From: Zygnema circumcarinatum SAG 698-1b
Taxonomy: Eukaryota > Plantae > Zygnematophyceae
Assembly: GCA_037447605.1 (NCBI GenBank)
Contig: CM074813.1
Location: 1,550,001-1,614,000, forward strand
Reading direction: 5' to 3'
DNA length: 64,000 bases
Position 1 is the first letter of the stretch; each line of letters starts with the position of its first letter. The position numbers and the translations under genes were made by a program. The notes beneath the pieces were generated by a model. It did no database searches and had not been told where the DNA came from. It worked only from the letters and a program-made list of their open reading frames with translations. Below are positions 1 to 16,800 of the stretch, one piece after another.

Positions 1-231
1 GTAGCAACAAGCTTGCAGGAGGGCGGCCACGTGGCATGCCATCGTGGCACAATTCTGCCAGCGTGGCACAAATTGACCAATCACAAGTGAGGATCCGACA
101 AACTGAAAATCAGTTGTCCGGATCCGTGTGAGGCAGTTCAGCGGCGGACTGCGACGGGACGAATGAACCGAACTGCGACACGGACATGGACAGAGCGAAG
201 GTGAAAAAGGTACTGTGAGAGGTGAGGATCC

Positions 232-2841
232 ATGGCTGCCTACCCCACTCTCACGGCCCGACTGCCCACTCCCAGCAGCAAGGGAGTATCCCCTTGGAAG
301 AAGCCTCGCAGCTACTCGTTGGCAATCATCAGGTGGTCTATTTTGTGGTTCATTGCAGGAATTGTAGCTACCAGGGTGACGGAATTCGCAGTGTTCAAGA
401 GTAGGGTTGATAGTAGCCTTCAGTTGCGGGAGAGCATGCCGACAATGACAAGCATAAGGCCCAGATTCGTTTTATTTGGTGATTCCCTAACACAGCAGTC
501 ATTTCGGGAAGGAGGGTGGGGGGCTTCTTTGCAGGATCTGTACTCTCGACAGGCAAGCTCCTCTTGTTTTGACCTTTATATGATTCTTGAAAGCTTCTCA
601 TGAATCGGATAACGATCATAAAAATCATTTTTTTTTCCTCTCATCATTTCAGCTTTTATGTAGCGTTCATGTCATCAAATTCGCTGTTGGAAGCATTCCA
701 CAAGCACCAACAAATGCTGTGGCAAACATTCAACAAGAATCACATTCAAGCAAGAAGCGTGTTCATTTTATAAAAAAAAATTCACTATGCTTGCAACATT
801 TTGCAATCAGCAGCAACAATGACTCGCTGAAGCATTCATTGGTACATTTGTTTGCATTTTAGTTTTGCATGGACTAGGACAATGTCGTTTTTAGTTTTGT
901 GTTCAAGCCAATTTTCTGCCTTCTTGTTGATGCTCGTTAAAAAGTATGAGTATAAGTACAAGCAAACAATTTTTTCATGCTAGTTGATACAGACTTGCAT
1001 CACAAATGCGGTTTATCAATCTCACTTCCGTCTCTGTTGTGCTCGAGTACTGTGCAGGCCGATGTGGTAGTCAGAGGTTATGGAGGTTACAATACGAGGT
1101 GGGCATTGTTTCTTCTAAACAAGATATTCCCAAAGGTTGGTTGTTTTTTCTCAAACTCGCGGAATTTGACAGGAAGGACGAGTGACAACCAGAAGTCAGG
1201 GTCGACTTTTGGCTGAAACGGAGCTTTTTTGTGGCCAGGATGCGCATTACTCGTGATTCAAATGCTTTCTATAATTGCAATATGCACAACCGCACTTGCG
1301 GGCTTGTTTCTCCCTTATCGTTTGACTTCGTTTGGAAGACGTCGGAAGTGCTGCACAGGAACGCTCACCCTGTTTGCGTATTGCAAATGTGAAGTCCAGT
1401 GCAATGAGCTTTACGTTTGTCATGCTGTGGCACCTTAAGTCTCATCGCCTACCTCCCTTTTCTTAATCTCAAATCTGTCGTTTAATTTTTAAATAAAGTT
1501 GCCCCGCTTTGTCTCCACTTTGAATATTTTTTGTTTAAAGTATGCAGGTGAATGATGGCTCCTCCCCGGCGCTTGTTACCATCTTCTTTGGGGCCAATGA
1601 TGCTGCATTGCCTGATCTTCAAAGCAAGCGCCAGCATGTGCCTGTTCCAGAGTACAGCTCCAATCTGAATAAAATTATCGACCATATTCAGGTATGTCAA
1701 GGCATGAATACATGATGAAACTATGAATCTACATTGGATTCCTTCTTCTTTTGAAGAACTGAAGTCGGATAGAATATTAAAGAGAGCAACCTGTCATCTT
1801 CTGATCCTTAAGAGTTAGAAGCGGCCTTCCATTGATGGTACTGGCAAAATCAATCGTGCACTTTTTGCGGCTTTCGGCTATGGAGCAATTGCTCGATAAC
1901 CTATTCATTTCCTTTCAATGCTTTTGAAGAATCGTACAGTGTCACCTTATGATGACATTTGAAAGTTTACTCTCCTTCTCTATCTGCCCATTTGGTGAAC
2001 ATATTCAGAGCATATCAGCAGAAACAAGGATCGTACTGCTAACTCCTCCACCTGTAGACGAGGATGGTCGTCTGGCATATGCAAAGTGAGTTAGAAGATT
2101 GTGCTGAGGTGCACCACGAGCTGCTTCAGATCTTCAATCCTGCAACCTTCATCTCCGTAATTAATTTTGGTGCTTGCTCATCCATATATGATTTGCTTAG
2201 AAAGAATCTCCAGCAGACATTTGATTTACAGGCTGTTTTCCATGTACCATTTCTTTATTTGCAAATTGTTTTGAATTCGTTGTGTTATTTTGTTGTTTTT
2301 CTTTTTTTACCACTTGTAACATTTGATTTTGGTCCCTGACATGATGCAAGGACGATGGGTGGGGGGCTTGTGATGGTTACAGAGTGATGTATGGAGACCA
2401 AGCAGTGGAAATATCGGAAAGGCAGAATGCTGTGACACAGCTGTATGCGGAAGCATGTGTGGAGGTGGCGGCAAAGCGGGGCCTTGCAGTTGTGGACCTC
2501 TGGACGGCAGTGCAAATGGAACCACAGTGGAAGAAACTCCTGAGGTAAGAAGCACATTTCTGTGCCTCTCGTTCCTACCTGCTGTTCTGACCCATCAGCT
2601 GTTCTATGTGTAACTACTGGCTGACTGCTGACCTCGAGTGCTCTCTGAATGGGCCAGCGATGGTTTGCACTTCACTGCGCAAGGGAACGAACTGGTGTTT
2701 CGGAAGTTGGTTTCTGTTATCAATGGAAAATCTGAACATGAATGGAGACCAAGCTTGAGCGCGGCAGCCATGGATTCTGACTTTCCTCATCATTCGGAGA
2801 TTGATGGAGAGCACCCCGAGCTGTCGTTTCCTTTGGAATGA
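232..2841 (+). CDS. SGNH/GDSL hydrolase, IAH1 / CPRD49-like esterase; 6 exons (232-552, 1058-1135, 1548-1691, 2009-2085, 2383-2544, 2658-2841)
   Basis: The spliced frame is continuous and carries all four SGNH blocks: FGDSLT, RGYGGYNTRWA, FFGANDA and DGLHF. Intron 1 has a GC donor (CAG|GCAAGC); the others are GT-AG. The start could instead be the ATG at 436. Confidence 0.9.
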
Positions 2842-3301
2842 AAGCGCTTCAATCTCTAGGCAGGGTTCTCCTCATCAATGAAAAGTCCGAGTGAAGTTCC
2901 CATTTTATCTCTCAGGGATGTAATATGTTCTCTAATTTTTTATTCCTTCTTCAAGCATTTTTTGGTAGCAATTGAATTATTGTTTTGGAATTTGATACGC
3001 CAAGGACTGACGGTTTGGATGTTTGGATGTTTGTCATTTAGTGTGCGACTATCCACTGATCGGTTTTCAAAGCGAATATTTCATTTCTGGGTTTCATTCT
3101 CTTTCTGGAAAGGGAACAGGAAAGCAAGAGGTTGGGAATCGTAGAAGAGGGTAAGAGAGGAGGGTCTGTGAAGGAGCGCCTGGGAAAGAGAAAAGTTCAA
3201 ATCGGAAACATGGAATGAAGAGTTCAAAAAGTAGACTTCTTTTATCTTTAAAAGGAAGAACAAGAAGTAACATCGCAGCTTAACCTGACCAATGGCCTTT
3301 C

Positions 3302-6171
<2,870 letters not shown>

Positions 6172-6798
6172 AGTGCGGAAGGGCAGTCTCGGTGGAAAAT
6201 AGAGTTTGTAGGTTTTCTGTCTAATTTTCAAGATCTCAAGATTGGACTTTTGGGTGGTTACCGGAAAAGGGAGAGGAACTAAGGTGACATAATCAAGAGC
6301 AACATCAACTACTGCTGAAAAGTAAGATAGCTTGTAACCAAAAAGGCTGAAACGTTCTGAGTTCAGCTCCCAAGTGCAGGTTCCAGAGCAGACTTGTCCA
6401 GCGAGTGCGGAGACATCGAATACTTTAGACCGAGGAGTTGCACAGCAATCTTAGCTTTTGGAGAACGACGACTATAATTTTTAACAGAAATCAAGAAAAT
6501 AATCCACACGGTCTAAGAACGATGATGCGGGATAAGCCTCTGCCATCTGCGAGACCTCGAGCAGTCTGGTAACTGTGTTCTGAACGAGGAGCCCTAATTT
6601 GAAACACTCAACGCGGACTATAAAACTCTGGCGAATTTTGAACTCTGTTCCAGCACCAACTCATGCGACAGCTGCCTGCCTGCTCGCAGACTCTACTCAT
6701 ATACAGTACATACTAAAATTTTGAAGAAAGATGGAAGTGGCATTGATCGCACGATGGCGATGATGCCATCAAATGTACATGGACAACATCAGCATGGG

Positions 6799-7192
6799 GA
6801 ACTACGAGGAACTGGGCGCAAAGGAGAACCACGAGGAACGGCACGCAAAGGAAAACTACGAGGAAATTTGGAGCAAAGGAAAACCACGAGGAACAGCGCG
6901 CAAAGGAGAACCACGAGAAACTGGGGGCAAAGGAGAACTACGAGGCAATGGGCGCAAAGGAGAACCACGAGGAACGGCACGCAAAGGAAAACTACGAGGA
7001 AATTTGGAGCAAAGGAAAACCACGAGGAACAGCGCGCAAAGGAGAACCACGAGAAACTGGGGGCAAAGGAGAACTACGAGGCAATGGGCGCAAAGGAGAA
7101 CCACGAGGAACGGCACGCAAAGGAAAACTACGAGGAAACTGGGAGCAAAGGAAAACCACGAGAAACTGGGGGTAAAGAAGAACCACGAGGAA
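6799..7192 (+). repeat. Minisatellite: 27-bp monomer (GCAAAGGARAACYACGAGRAA+6) in a 136-bp five-monomer higher-order repeat, about 3 copies
   Basis: Monomer lengths are 27/28/27/27/27. A landmark recurs at 6866, 7002 and 7138 (period 136). The array lies between the divergent DHS and FANCJ starts. Confidence 0.92.
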
Positions 7193-7801
7193 TTCGCCGC
7201 AGACCTCCAGGGTTTCGAGATTCGTCCCGCCACGCAGCGTCAGCACGCAACCCGTCGAAAAAATTGCCTGCTGTAAGAAAGTCGTAGGGATTCTAAGCCC
7301 CCACCCGCCAGGTGTCAGTAGACAATTCATCGAAATATTTGCCCCGTGTAAACACGTGAGAAGCTGACCGTTGGATAGCCGCGAAAGGATTCCAGAAATG
7401 GCCGTTGGATATACCACGGGGGCATACGTGGGACCCTATACCGAACTTGGAACTTGGGACTTTGTAGTTCCAACTTGAAGCGCAAGTCCAGTTGCAGGAG
7501 GCGGGAGAGCCCTTTCAAATATTTGGAAGCGGGGGAGCAAGGGAAGCGCGGCAACGATTGCCATGACCTGACCAACAAAAACCCTTAACTTTGCTGCTCC
7601 GCAAGTCTTTGATGCGGTTGAAGCCAGAGGCATCTACCTTAGCGTAAAAAAGGAAAAAAAATTGTCCATGACGTTATCTGTTATCCATTATCCGTTCTGC
7701 CGTAATTTAGAAAGCGTCGCTTGCTTGTATCAAGTTGAAGACTTCCGAAACGCAGCAATGAGTCGCTTTGTTGGTTGAGGTTGTCAGTATCTATAGTTAG
7801 T

Positions 7802-10800
7802 ATGGCGTTGGAGGGGAAGAAATATGTCATCAATGGCTACGATGTCTATTTTCCTTACAAGCCATACGGACCGCAGTTTGCATTCATGGGAAAGGTGCTG
7901 GCGACATGTGAGAGTTCCAGAAGTAAGGGTAATGCAAATGCTCTCTTGGAATCCCCTACTGGTTCAGGAAAAACTCTCGCTCTTCTCTGTGCAACTTTGG
8001 CATGGCAGCATCATTTCAAAATGAACAAGCTGATAGAAATAAAGGCAGCTGCTCAGCCTGCCTGGCAGCAAACTGGAGGAGGCTTTCTGCCCGAGGATGC
8101 CGACGCAGGTTCGTAGCTAATGCAATTGGTCGAAGCGCTGCTATTCTCGATTGACTTTGATTATTCTGGAGCATTGTGGTAGTACTTAGGGACTTCTGAG
8201 GCAGTGGACTTAGCACGCCTTTTCCTTCTTTTCCTTCTTTTCCTTGATCTCTCCCTCTTTCTATTACACACCTGCGGCACTAGCAGTAGCCAATTACAGG
8301 AATACGCCATCGGTGAAACGACAACTGTCTCTTATTTAATTCATGTTTACATTCTCTAATAGTTCGCACTGGACGAAATTAACTAAGCAAAAGTGCACTT
8401 CGGATAGAAATTGGCTGAGCCAACAACATTGCAGTTATAGTCATATTTGTTACCATCGTATTATTGGAAGCACTCAACGCGACGACTGCTTCTGCAGATG
8501 CAACGTGTTCTGGAGGTGATGCGCGAGAACTACAGACCAAAGGCAATAAAGGACATCGTGAAAACAAGAAACAAGAGAAGAAACCTGGCGTTCCTAAGAT
8601 AATATACGCGACGTGAGTTATGCCACACGTGATAGGTCTTGCAGTAGATTCTTGAATTACAATGCCTGAGGCACAGAAAGGAACTGGAAAACCCATAAAG
8701 ACGGTTGTTAATTGTTTTGCAGGCGAACTCACAGTCAGATTGCTCAAGTCATTCGAGAATTGAAAAAGTCAAGTTATAAGCCGTCAATGGCAATCCTTGT
8801 AAGTGAGCAATGCGGGCACGTCCATTCCTTCACGCCATCTACCATGAATATTCTGGTGCATTTTCCCCTCAATATTTCTGATACTTAAGGTTGAAACTTG
8901 CTACTCACTGATTACAGGCATCCCGAAAGCAGTATTGTACGAACAAAGTCTCTGCCAAAAAAGGCAATGTGGACGAGGAATGGTAAGTTTTTTGACTTAT
9001 GCACAACGAAGTTAGCAGTTTTCCAGCTGTAACGAGATGGCAAACATGTGAAGCTATAGTCTTGTACTGACGGTGCTAAATGAGATCTGCACTAACGCGT
9101 GAGGTTCTTGAACTGACATTAAGAACTGTTTTCTCTCGGCTGGTGACGTAATCTGGTGAGGTGTCAGCAAGAAGTTACTCCATGACGTCAACAAAGGCTG
9201 CCCACAGTTTAAGTGAGTTACGTTAAAAAAGCAAACACTTTCCGTTTGTCTTTATGAATGAGCTACAACAGCTTACTTATCACAATGCTCCATCTGGCTT
9301 ACACTTGCACTCTGGCTTTTCTTGTCCGTTCAGGAATATGCATAAAGTTCGGGACCATGAATCCTTGGAGAGTGGGAGACCAAACAGCATTCATGATATT
9401 GAGGACCTTGTTGATGTGGCTAGATCTGTTAAAGGTAACAGTTGCAGTAGTGATAGTGCGTACAACTTACTGCTTTGCAACAAACATTACATGCTTGAAA
9501 CAATCCATACAGCAAAGCATAAACGCACAGGAGGCGAATCGGCTATCTAACTAATAGGTTGTCTGCCTTTTTCCTTGTAGGTTGCGCATACTTTGCATCC
9601 AAAACATTGGCTATCGGGGCTGATATTGTGTTTTGCCCATACAACTATATTCTTGATCCAGTCATTCGACGCTCGATGGAAATCGACTTAAAAGGATCTA
9701 TTCTCATATTTGATGAGGCTCAGTAAGTCAGAATTCTCACTTTCTTGTTGGTTGAGATTATTTTTTCACAACTAAATTGTCAAAGGGTTCCATCTCTGCC
9801 CCTTGGTGGATGGGAATATCCCCGTTAAACTTGTGCCATGATATTGTTTGCCTCTCGGAGAAAGTCCGAGTCTTTGATGCCCATTGAATCCTCTAAACCT
9901 GGGACTCCTGTTTATTTATTTCATATTTACGATACTGCCTATGTCGAATAACTCACTATTAACACGTTTTGTGCACAGCAATATAGAAGACTGTGCAAGA
10001 GAAGCTGTCACCTTCAACATTGAGCTTGGATCCTTGGAAGGTGCTTTTCTGGCTGGCTTGAACGCCTCAGGACATCGTCTCCCATTTTTTCTTCTTAGAC
10101 TTCCGTCATTCTTCGTCTTTCGTCTCTGTCTTCTGCCGACTTCTTCCCTCGCTATGCTCTCCCCCACTCCCATCCCTCATTCTCTCTCTCTCGCTCCTCT
10201 CTCTCTCCCCTTCCCTCCCCTTGCGCTTTCCCTTCTCCTCTTTCTCTGGCACTCCCTCTCTCCAGTAAGTAAGCCTAATTGTGACTTTGCAACTTGTCCA
10301 GCAAGGAAAGATCATAGTTGCTGTATTCCAAGCCTTAACATCATCATAGGAAGGCCTTTCTTGAAGAAAACTACCCAGATTGTCCGCTTTGGTTGTAAAG
10401 TACTCTGACAAAGTGGTAGGAAAGGTGTGAAATTGTCATTTAATAGTTTTTTCGTACGAAGTCTAGATTCACCCTCAAATCACATGAAACAATCTCAAGT
10501 TTCTTCTCTTTTCTGAATGGAAGTGCCATTTCAAACTTACAGATCTAGGCGGGGAGCTTGATCGCCTAACTACTTCTGAAGGGTTGGAGCCATACGGGCC
10601 GCTCCTTCAAATAATCCAAGTACGTACTCGTCTTGGGGCTAATGGGATGGGTTAAATGGTAGATGTGCATGAATGGAACGTTTTGGTCCTTCCTCTTCCA
10701 TGGACTTAAACTATTTGTTGTCAAAGAGTTGTTTAACCGACTTGTATTGACAATTGGAATTGGTGAACGTTTCTTGTTTCTTCAAGTTTCTTTGATGGAA

Positions 10801-13800
10801 CTGCTTCAACTCGTGATTGAAGTGTAGCAAAGCGTTGTTTCTTCGCCCATTTTCGGAGAGTTTTGGTTCTGCTATGATTGAACCTTATGCCGTGCTAGGT
10901 GGATACAGTAATTTGATTAGCTTCTTTTTGAAAAAGTATCGAAATACTCAGGCATTGCTATTCGTCTGTGTGAATGAGACTGGCTATGCACAGATCCTTA
11001 CAGAAATGGATAAGAGATAAACTTGAGCTGTATGTTACTTACGAAAGTCGGAAGTATGTTGCCCATGAGTGTTCTTTGTAGATTTGAATATGACTGAGCC
11101 GTGGTAAAAGCGAAATATAGAGTTGTTCGAGTTTCCTGATATGCATGTTGAAAGTGGTCGTTTGCAGGGACTTTCCTCATGGTTACGCGAGAAATCAGCA
11201 CAGTTGCGACTGCAAACGTCAGAAGCGTCACCCCAGATGTGAGGCACTTATGCCACTCATTGCATTGTGAGACGTAGTCCAGTTCTTGCTAGACGACTTA
11301 TTCAACGATGGTTTTGCTATAAATGGCAGTTGGGAAGGTCACCAAGCAGCAAGGGAACTAGAAAACGCGGGATTTTCTTCAAGGGACCTTACTGATCTGC
11401 TGAAATTTTGTAAAAAGGTGCTCCGCAAAGCCCTTCTTTATCTCAGGAATGGAAGTATATTTCACATGTCGCAACGAAGAAGTAGAATCATCAGCAGGTC
11501 TGAACGTGCGATTCATGTGGTTTTTCATCGTTGTCGCCCATTTGAGGATGCCAACCGAGGAGTTATGCAAATTGTGAAACACTTAGCACATGTTCTTGCA
11601 CAGGCAGTGGATTCTTCAACGACCGTAGGTACTGGTCTTGACTCCATGACGTTATCAGGGAGAGGAGCAAGCATACTTGAAGGTGAGGGAAGTTGAAAAG
11701 TTTATGGCTTGCTGACGATGACGAAGTATGAAGTAGGCAGGAAGGGGGAAGGAACGAGCGGGACTTTGTCAAGAATTGAGTATTCTTTGTAAAGGTGTTG
11801 GAATCTAGGTCTGTGCTTCTTCCTCATGAATTAATGCGTTTGTCGAGACAGATTATGTGTCTTGATAGTGGAATCTGTCAGCGTCCTCATCATTTGGTTT
11901 TTTTTTTCGTAGCAGGTCTGTTCTGTATTTACTTTTAGAGTAAGACTTGCAGAGGTCAATGAATGTCAAAGCCTTTCTACGCAAGTTAACTTGAGCTTTT
12001 CCTGAACCAGACGGAATTGCTCAATGTTTGCATTGACCTTATTGGTCGGCGCATTGTGAAAGTGGTGTTATTGTGCAGGCCTCTTTACTGTTCTCAATTT
12101 CATGTTTGGAAACGATACCCAGAGGTTAAATGATTATCGGCTCGTAGTCCAGAAGCACATGAATCGCGATGAAGGTAACTCTCGGGTTGACGACTTTGTG
12201 GATAATAAGGATGTGTATACTGTCACATGCTAGACTTATAAGTAGACAATGTCTGTCGTGTAGTTTTGTCTTCTCGTATTCACAGTTAAGTATGTGCTAT
12301 TCTGAGCTTCGGACTGAGGTACTTTGAGTGGCGCAGAGTTTCTGAAGGAACAAGGGACTTCTCTAATTTTCCTGCTGACTGAATATTGTCAATTCTGGAT
12401 AACGAAGATGCTGTTGTTCTATGTTTACGATCGTTCTTTCTGAAGCTAAGGCTATAATCTGGCATCTACGTATGTTTTAAAAATGCGTGTTCGCTGGACA
12501 CCCCTTTTCTGACGGTTTCTGTTACCTGAATTTTGATCATACGCTAGTTGATTGAACTTGTGCAGCGAAAGGAACAGACATCTGTGTGACATCCTTGGGT
12601 TTCTGGTGCCTCAACCCTGCAGTCGCATTTGACAGCATCATACACATATCGCGAGCGATCATACTTACCTCCGGGTTTGTGTCACATCCTGACAGCTATT
12701 TGCGTGTAAATTTGAACCGTTCTTTAATGTACTTAATGGTTCCGCATGTTCGAGAAAATGCCCTGCGAAAGTGAATGCTTGCCAACCATTCGGATTGCTG
12801 TGTCGGAGAGTTGAAGAACCACTTTAGTGTCGCAGAACCCTTGCGCCAATGGAAACATTTGCCTCTGAGCTGGGACTCCGATTTGAAGCGTCTATGGAGG
12901 GATCGCATGTAATTGACGTTGAAAAACAGGTATGCAGAGTCAACGTATCACAGACCTGTGATGTCTCGCTAGATTTTTCTTTTCATATTGTGTCGTACGT
13001 GGTTTGAAAGATGAAACCAATGACGTGCTGCACGAGTATGGCATGGGTGCCTGATGGCCTGCCAGATATGGGCTGCTTCTCTGTCCGTGGGGCCCGGGGG
13101 AGTCCCTTTTAATGCAAGCTTCAAGAATGCGGACAATCCTACCTTCCAGGTATCCTTTAGCCACCTCTGTGCCATTGTTATTAAGTTTCATATCACTATT
13201 GCTAGTCTACGAACTGTATCTGGAGCTGACTCTACATTCCCTGATGAAGACAGTTCGTTTGGGGGTTGGCGTGCTGTTCAATTTTAGGACACTCTGGGCG
13301 CTGCATTGGAGGCTTTCTGCAGAGCCATTCCAGATGGAGTCCTGGTGTTCTTTCCCAGCTACAAGCTGCTCGAAAAGTTGTCAATGCGCTGGAAGACCAC
13401 TGGGCGCTGGAAAAGTCTTGGGTCTGTCAAGAAGATATTCATTGGTGTGTGACATGTGTACAAGCACTGTTAGCTATCGTCCTGCTTATCAGCTTCAGTA
13501 GCCTTTTTGCCTCTGGAGCGTTCGAATGATCATTGAATGCGACCGTTTTACTGCGTCATCCAACGCGCCTACTTCTTTAACTTGCAACAGTTTCGGCAGA
13601 TGAAAGAACTTCTCTTTCACAAAAGATATAGCTGACACCCATGATTGAAAACCGACGTAGCATGTGTGAGGCTCACATTGGTTTGTAGATTTCTGCAAGA
13701 AGTATTAAAAATTGCGATAAAATAGGGCAGAGTTACGGGGTGAGCCATTTTGCTTTCTCAACTTTTATGCCTGCGCCTCACGTAGTTTTGGTGAAACCGC

Positions 13801-16800
13801 GTGCAGAGCCCAAGGGGAACGATGATCAGTTTCAACAGACGTTGAAAGGGTACTACAGAGCCATAGCGGGTAACCTTGGGCAGTCGAAAGCCGGCAAAGG
13901 GACTTTGGCAAGGAAAGCTGCAGCTCCAAAGAATACTGGAAGCACAGTGAAGCCTGGTGCTGTGTTTTTTGCTGTTTGCAGAGGAAAGGTTAGATTTTTT
14001 ACCTGCAGCTGACATTACTGACTGACGTCTGACTATTCCTTTTGTCATGCCTGATTGATATTCGACCGGTTTGTTTGAAGGAAAGGCTGAATTATAGTCA
14101 TGTCTGTAAGGACGTGAACTGGAGTTTTTTCGGGGGTAAGAGAACGGGACAGTATGTTATTGACAACGACATCCAGACCTGCTGTTGGAGGTTTTGATGT
14201 GACTAGGCTGTTTTCATGTTGCAAACGAAGTACCCAGTTAACTAAACAAAGAAATTTTCTTTTGTGGGTTATCTCTCTGAATTAAGGAATAGGTTCTGCC
14301 ATCAATGCTTCGGCTTCAATTACTGACTTCATCTGCTTGGCAGTTCATCTGTTGAGCCTCACATAAGGTTTTCAAACAGATAGACCCCCCAATAATGACC
14401 AATGTAACACCTGCATGTGCAGGTTTCAGAAGGAATTGACTTTGCAGATGCCAATGCAAGAGGAGTTGTATCCTTTTTATGATGATGGGGCTAATGCATG
14501 TAGAGAGGGAGTCCCTCATAGAGGCAAGTAGACCACATACTGTTTTCAGCTTTTTTTTTAGATGCTTATTGATAGCGTCTTGACGGCTTCTCAGATAATT
14601 ATCGGGATTCCTTTTCCAAACGTGTAAGTATACAACTGATTTAAGTGATAGCAATAATGATGGATTTCAGAAGAAACATAATTGCTTGAGGGAGAATTCC
14701 TTGTACTTCCTTCCACCTTAGGGGCTGCTTTCGAACTTCGGCCTGCTGAGTCAGCAGAGTAATATGTAGGTGTACAGATGGATAGACCTGACTGGCTTTG
14801 GTGCAAGATTGTGTGCTTACAAGACATTTTGAATTGCAAGCGGACGTTTATCACATTATCTTTTGTTTTTTACCCAATGGAACGTGCAGAAAAGATCCGC
14901 AAGTGAGCTTAAAAAAGCAATATAACAATAACATGAAACATTTACGTGGCCTCCTAAGTGGTGATCAGTGGTACTGTCAGCAGGCATACCGTGCACTCAA
15001 CCAGGCTGTTGGTGAGTGCCAAACCCCCCTAGTGGCAACATACAGAGGCAATATACATACGGATCGCGAATTGCATTTGAGATTGAATCATGTATTTGAA
15101 TATCTCATAAATGAAACTTTTCAATTCGAGGACGTTATCCAGGATTCTGACAGCAGTTATGTTACTCTGGAGGGGATAGTTGAACACGAACGAGCGTAAT
15201 CTCCTGAATTGAATGACATTTTGTTGATCTACGGCGTATGTGCTCTGTGCTTGCGATGGTGCTTCAGGCAGATGCATTCGACATCGACACGACTATGGAG
15301 CAGTCATTCTTCTTGGTGAGATCCTAGCGACCTAATTTATGTTGAAATGATGCGACCTTACAATCAGCAGTTGACATCCAAACAAAGAAGCTCACGTCAA
15401 GGTGCTTTGGGATCTGGCAAATTGACTTTCCCCTGAAGATGAGCGATTTCAAGCGCGAAACAATATGGAGCATATGTCCAAGTGGATTAGGAAGGCCATA
15501 AAACCATATGACAAGTTTGAACGTTCCATAGAGGATGTGAAGAGTTTCTTTTCCAGCTTGAAGGTATCCATGGATTCTTACTTTTGCCCCACAGCTTTCG
15601 CATTGCTCTTGACATGAGCAGAAAGGTAGCATAGGCTGCTTATTATGGCATACCTGGACTTTAGCATACTCACAAACTCGTAGAGCTACCTATCTGAATT
15701 GTGAATTTGACGAGCAGTGTTTGTAAACTTGTGACCTCAGGGCTTCCCTTCAGATTCAACCCTTGGCACGTCAATGGAAACAAAGATGTTTCCAGTTTTC
15801 AAGCTTCCTAAGCTATGCTCTGGTCCTGACGAAACGACGACTGAAAGTGACCATGTCATTGCAAACGAGAACTCATCAACTCCACTGATTCCTTCAAGTC
15901 ATGTCCATGAGACAAAGAAGCAGTTACGAGACTTGCCTGCAGTTTCAGCTCTTGCAGCTTATTTTGGTTGCCCACAGCGGTAAGCAGGACCAACATACAG
16001 TTGGTGGAAAAACTATTTGTATGCTCATTTCACATATAAAAACCCTTCTTCAAAATGATCACCAGACTTGCTAGTGTATCCTACGATTTTGAACGACTGT
16101 CAAGCTGGAAGTCTAATGTCTAGCCCACGCAGTTCGTCCATAATACAGACCGCTCCATAAAACAGAATGAACAAGGGAATCAAGGAGTACCATCTAATGT
16201 AAAAGCATACGCTGTAAAACTGCGGTCTCCTTTGTGTATTCAAGACATAGAGCCAGAGGTGGTGAATTATGGCAATGGATGAAGGAATACAGGCTGACAG
16301 TGTCTGTGTTGCAACTCTGAGAGCATCTATACTAATGCTTTTTATTTTTCAATAACAGGGATCCTTTGGTTGAGTTATCTCATCAAAACTCCGGTGGTCA
16401 AAGAACGGGGACTGAGGCACGTACCTCAGGCGGAGCATCTGATTTTAGTGTTGACAGTCGATCGGCAGCATTTCCCTGTGAGCCAGCTCCACAAGAAACA
16501 GAGAAAATGGATCACGGATGGTCACAGAAAAGACACCGAGACGAGGAACAAAAAGTCAATGTAGAAAGAATGCCACGGCAAATTACCTATCACGAGAAGA
16601 CGTGTGAAGCAAGCTCCCGAATGCCGTTTCAGCAGTGGAACCCTCGGGGATTCTACGATCCGCCTCAGGAGGCTTTTACAGGTTTATGGCGAGTAGACCA
16701 GCATCCTTTCTCAGGAAAGGAAGGGAATTTAATTTTTGAGGATGCTGCGGTTCCAAGTAAAGCATTCCCCAGACAGCAACCTGTGCTAATGCAGAGGCTT

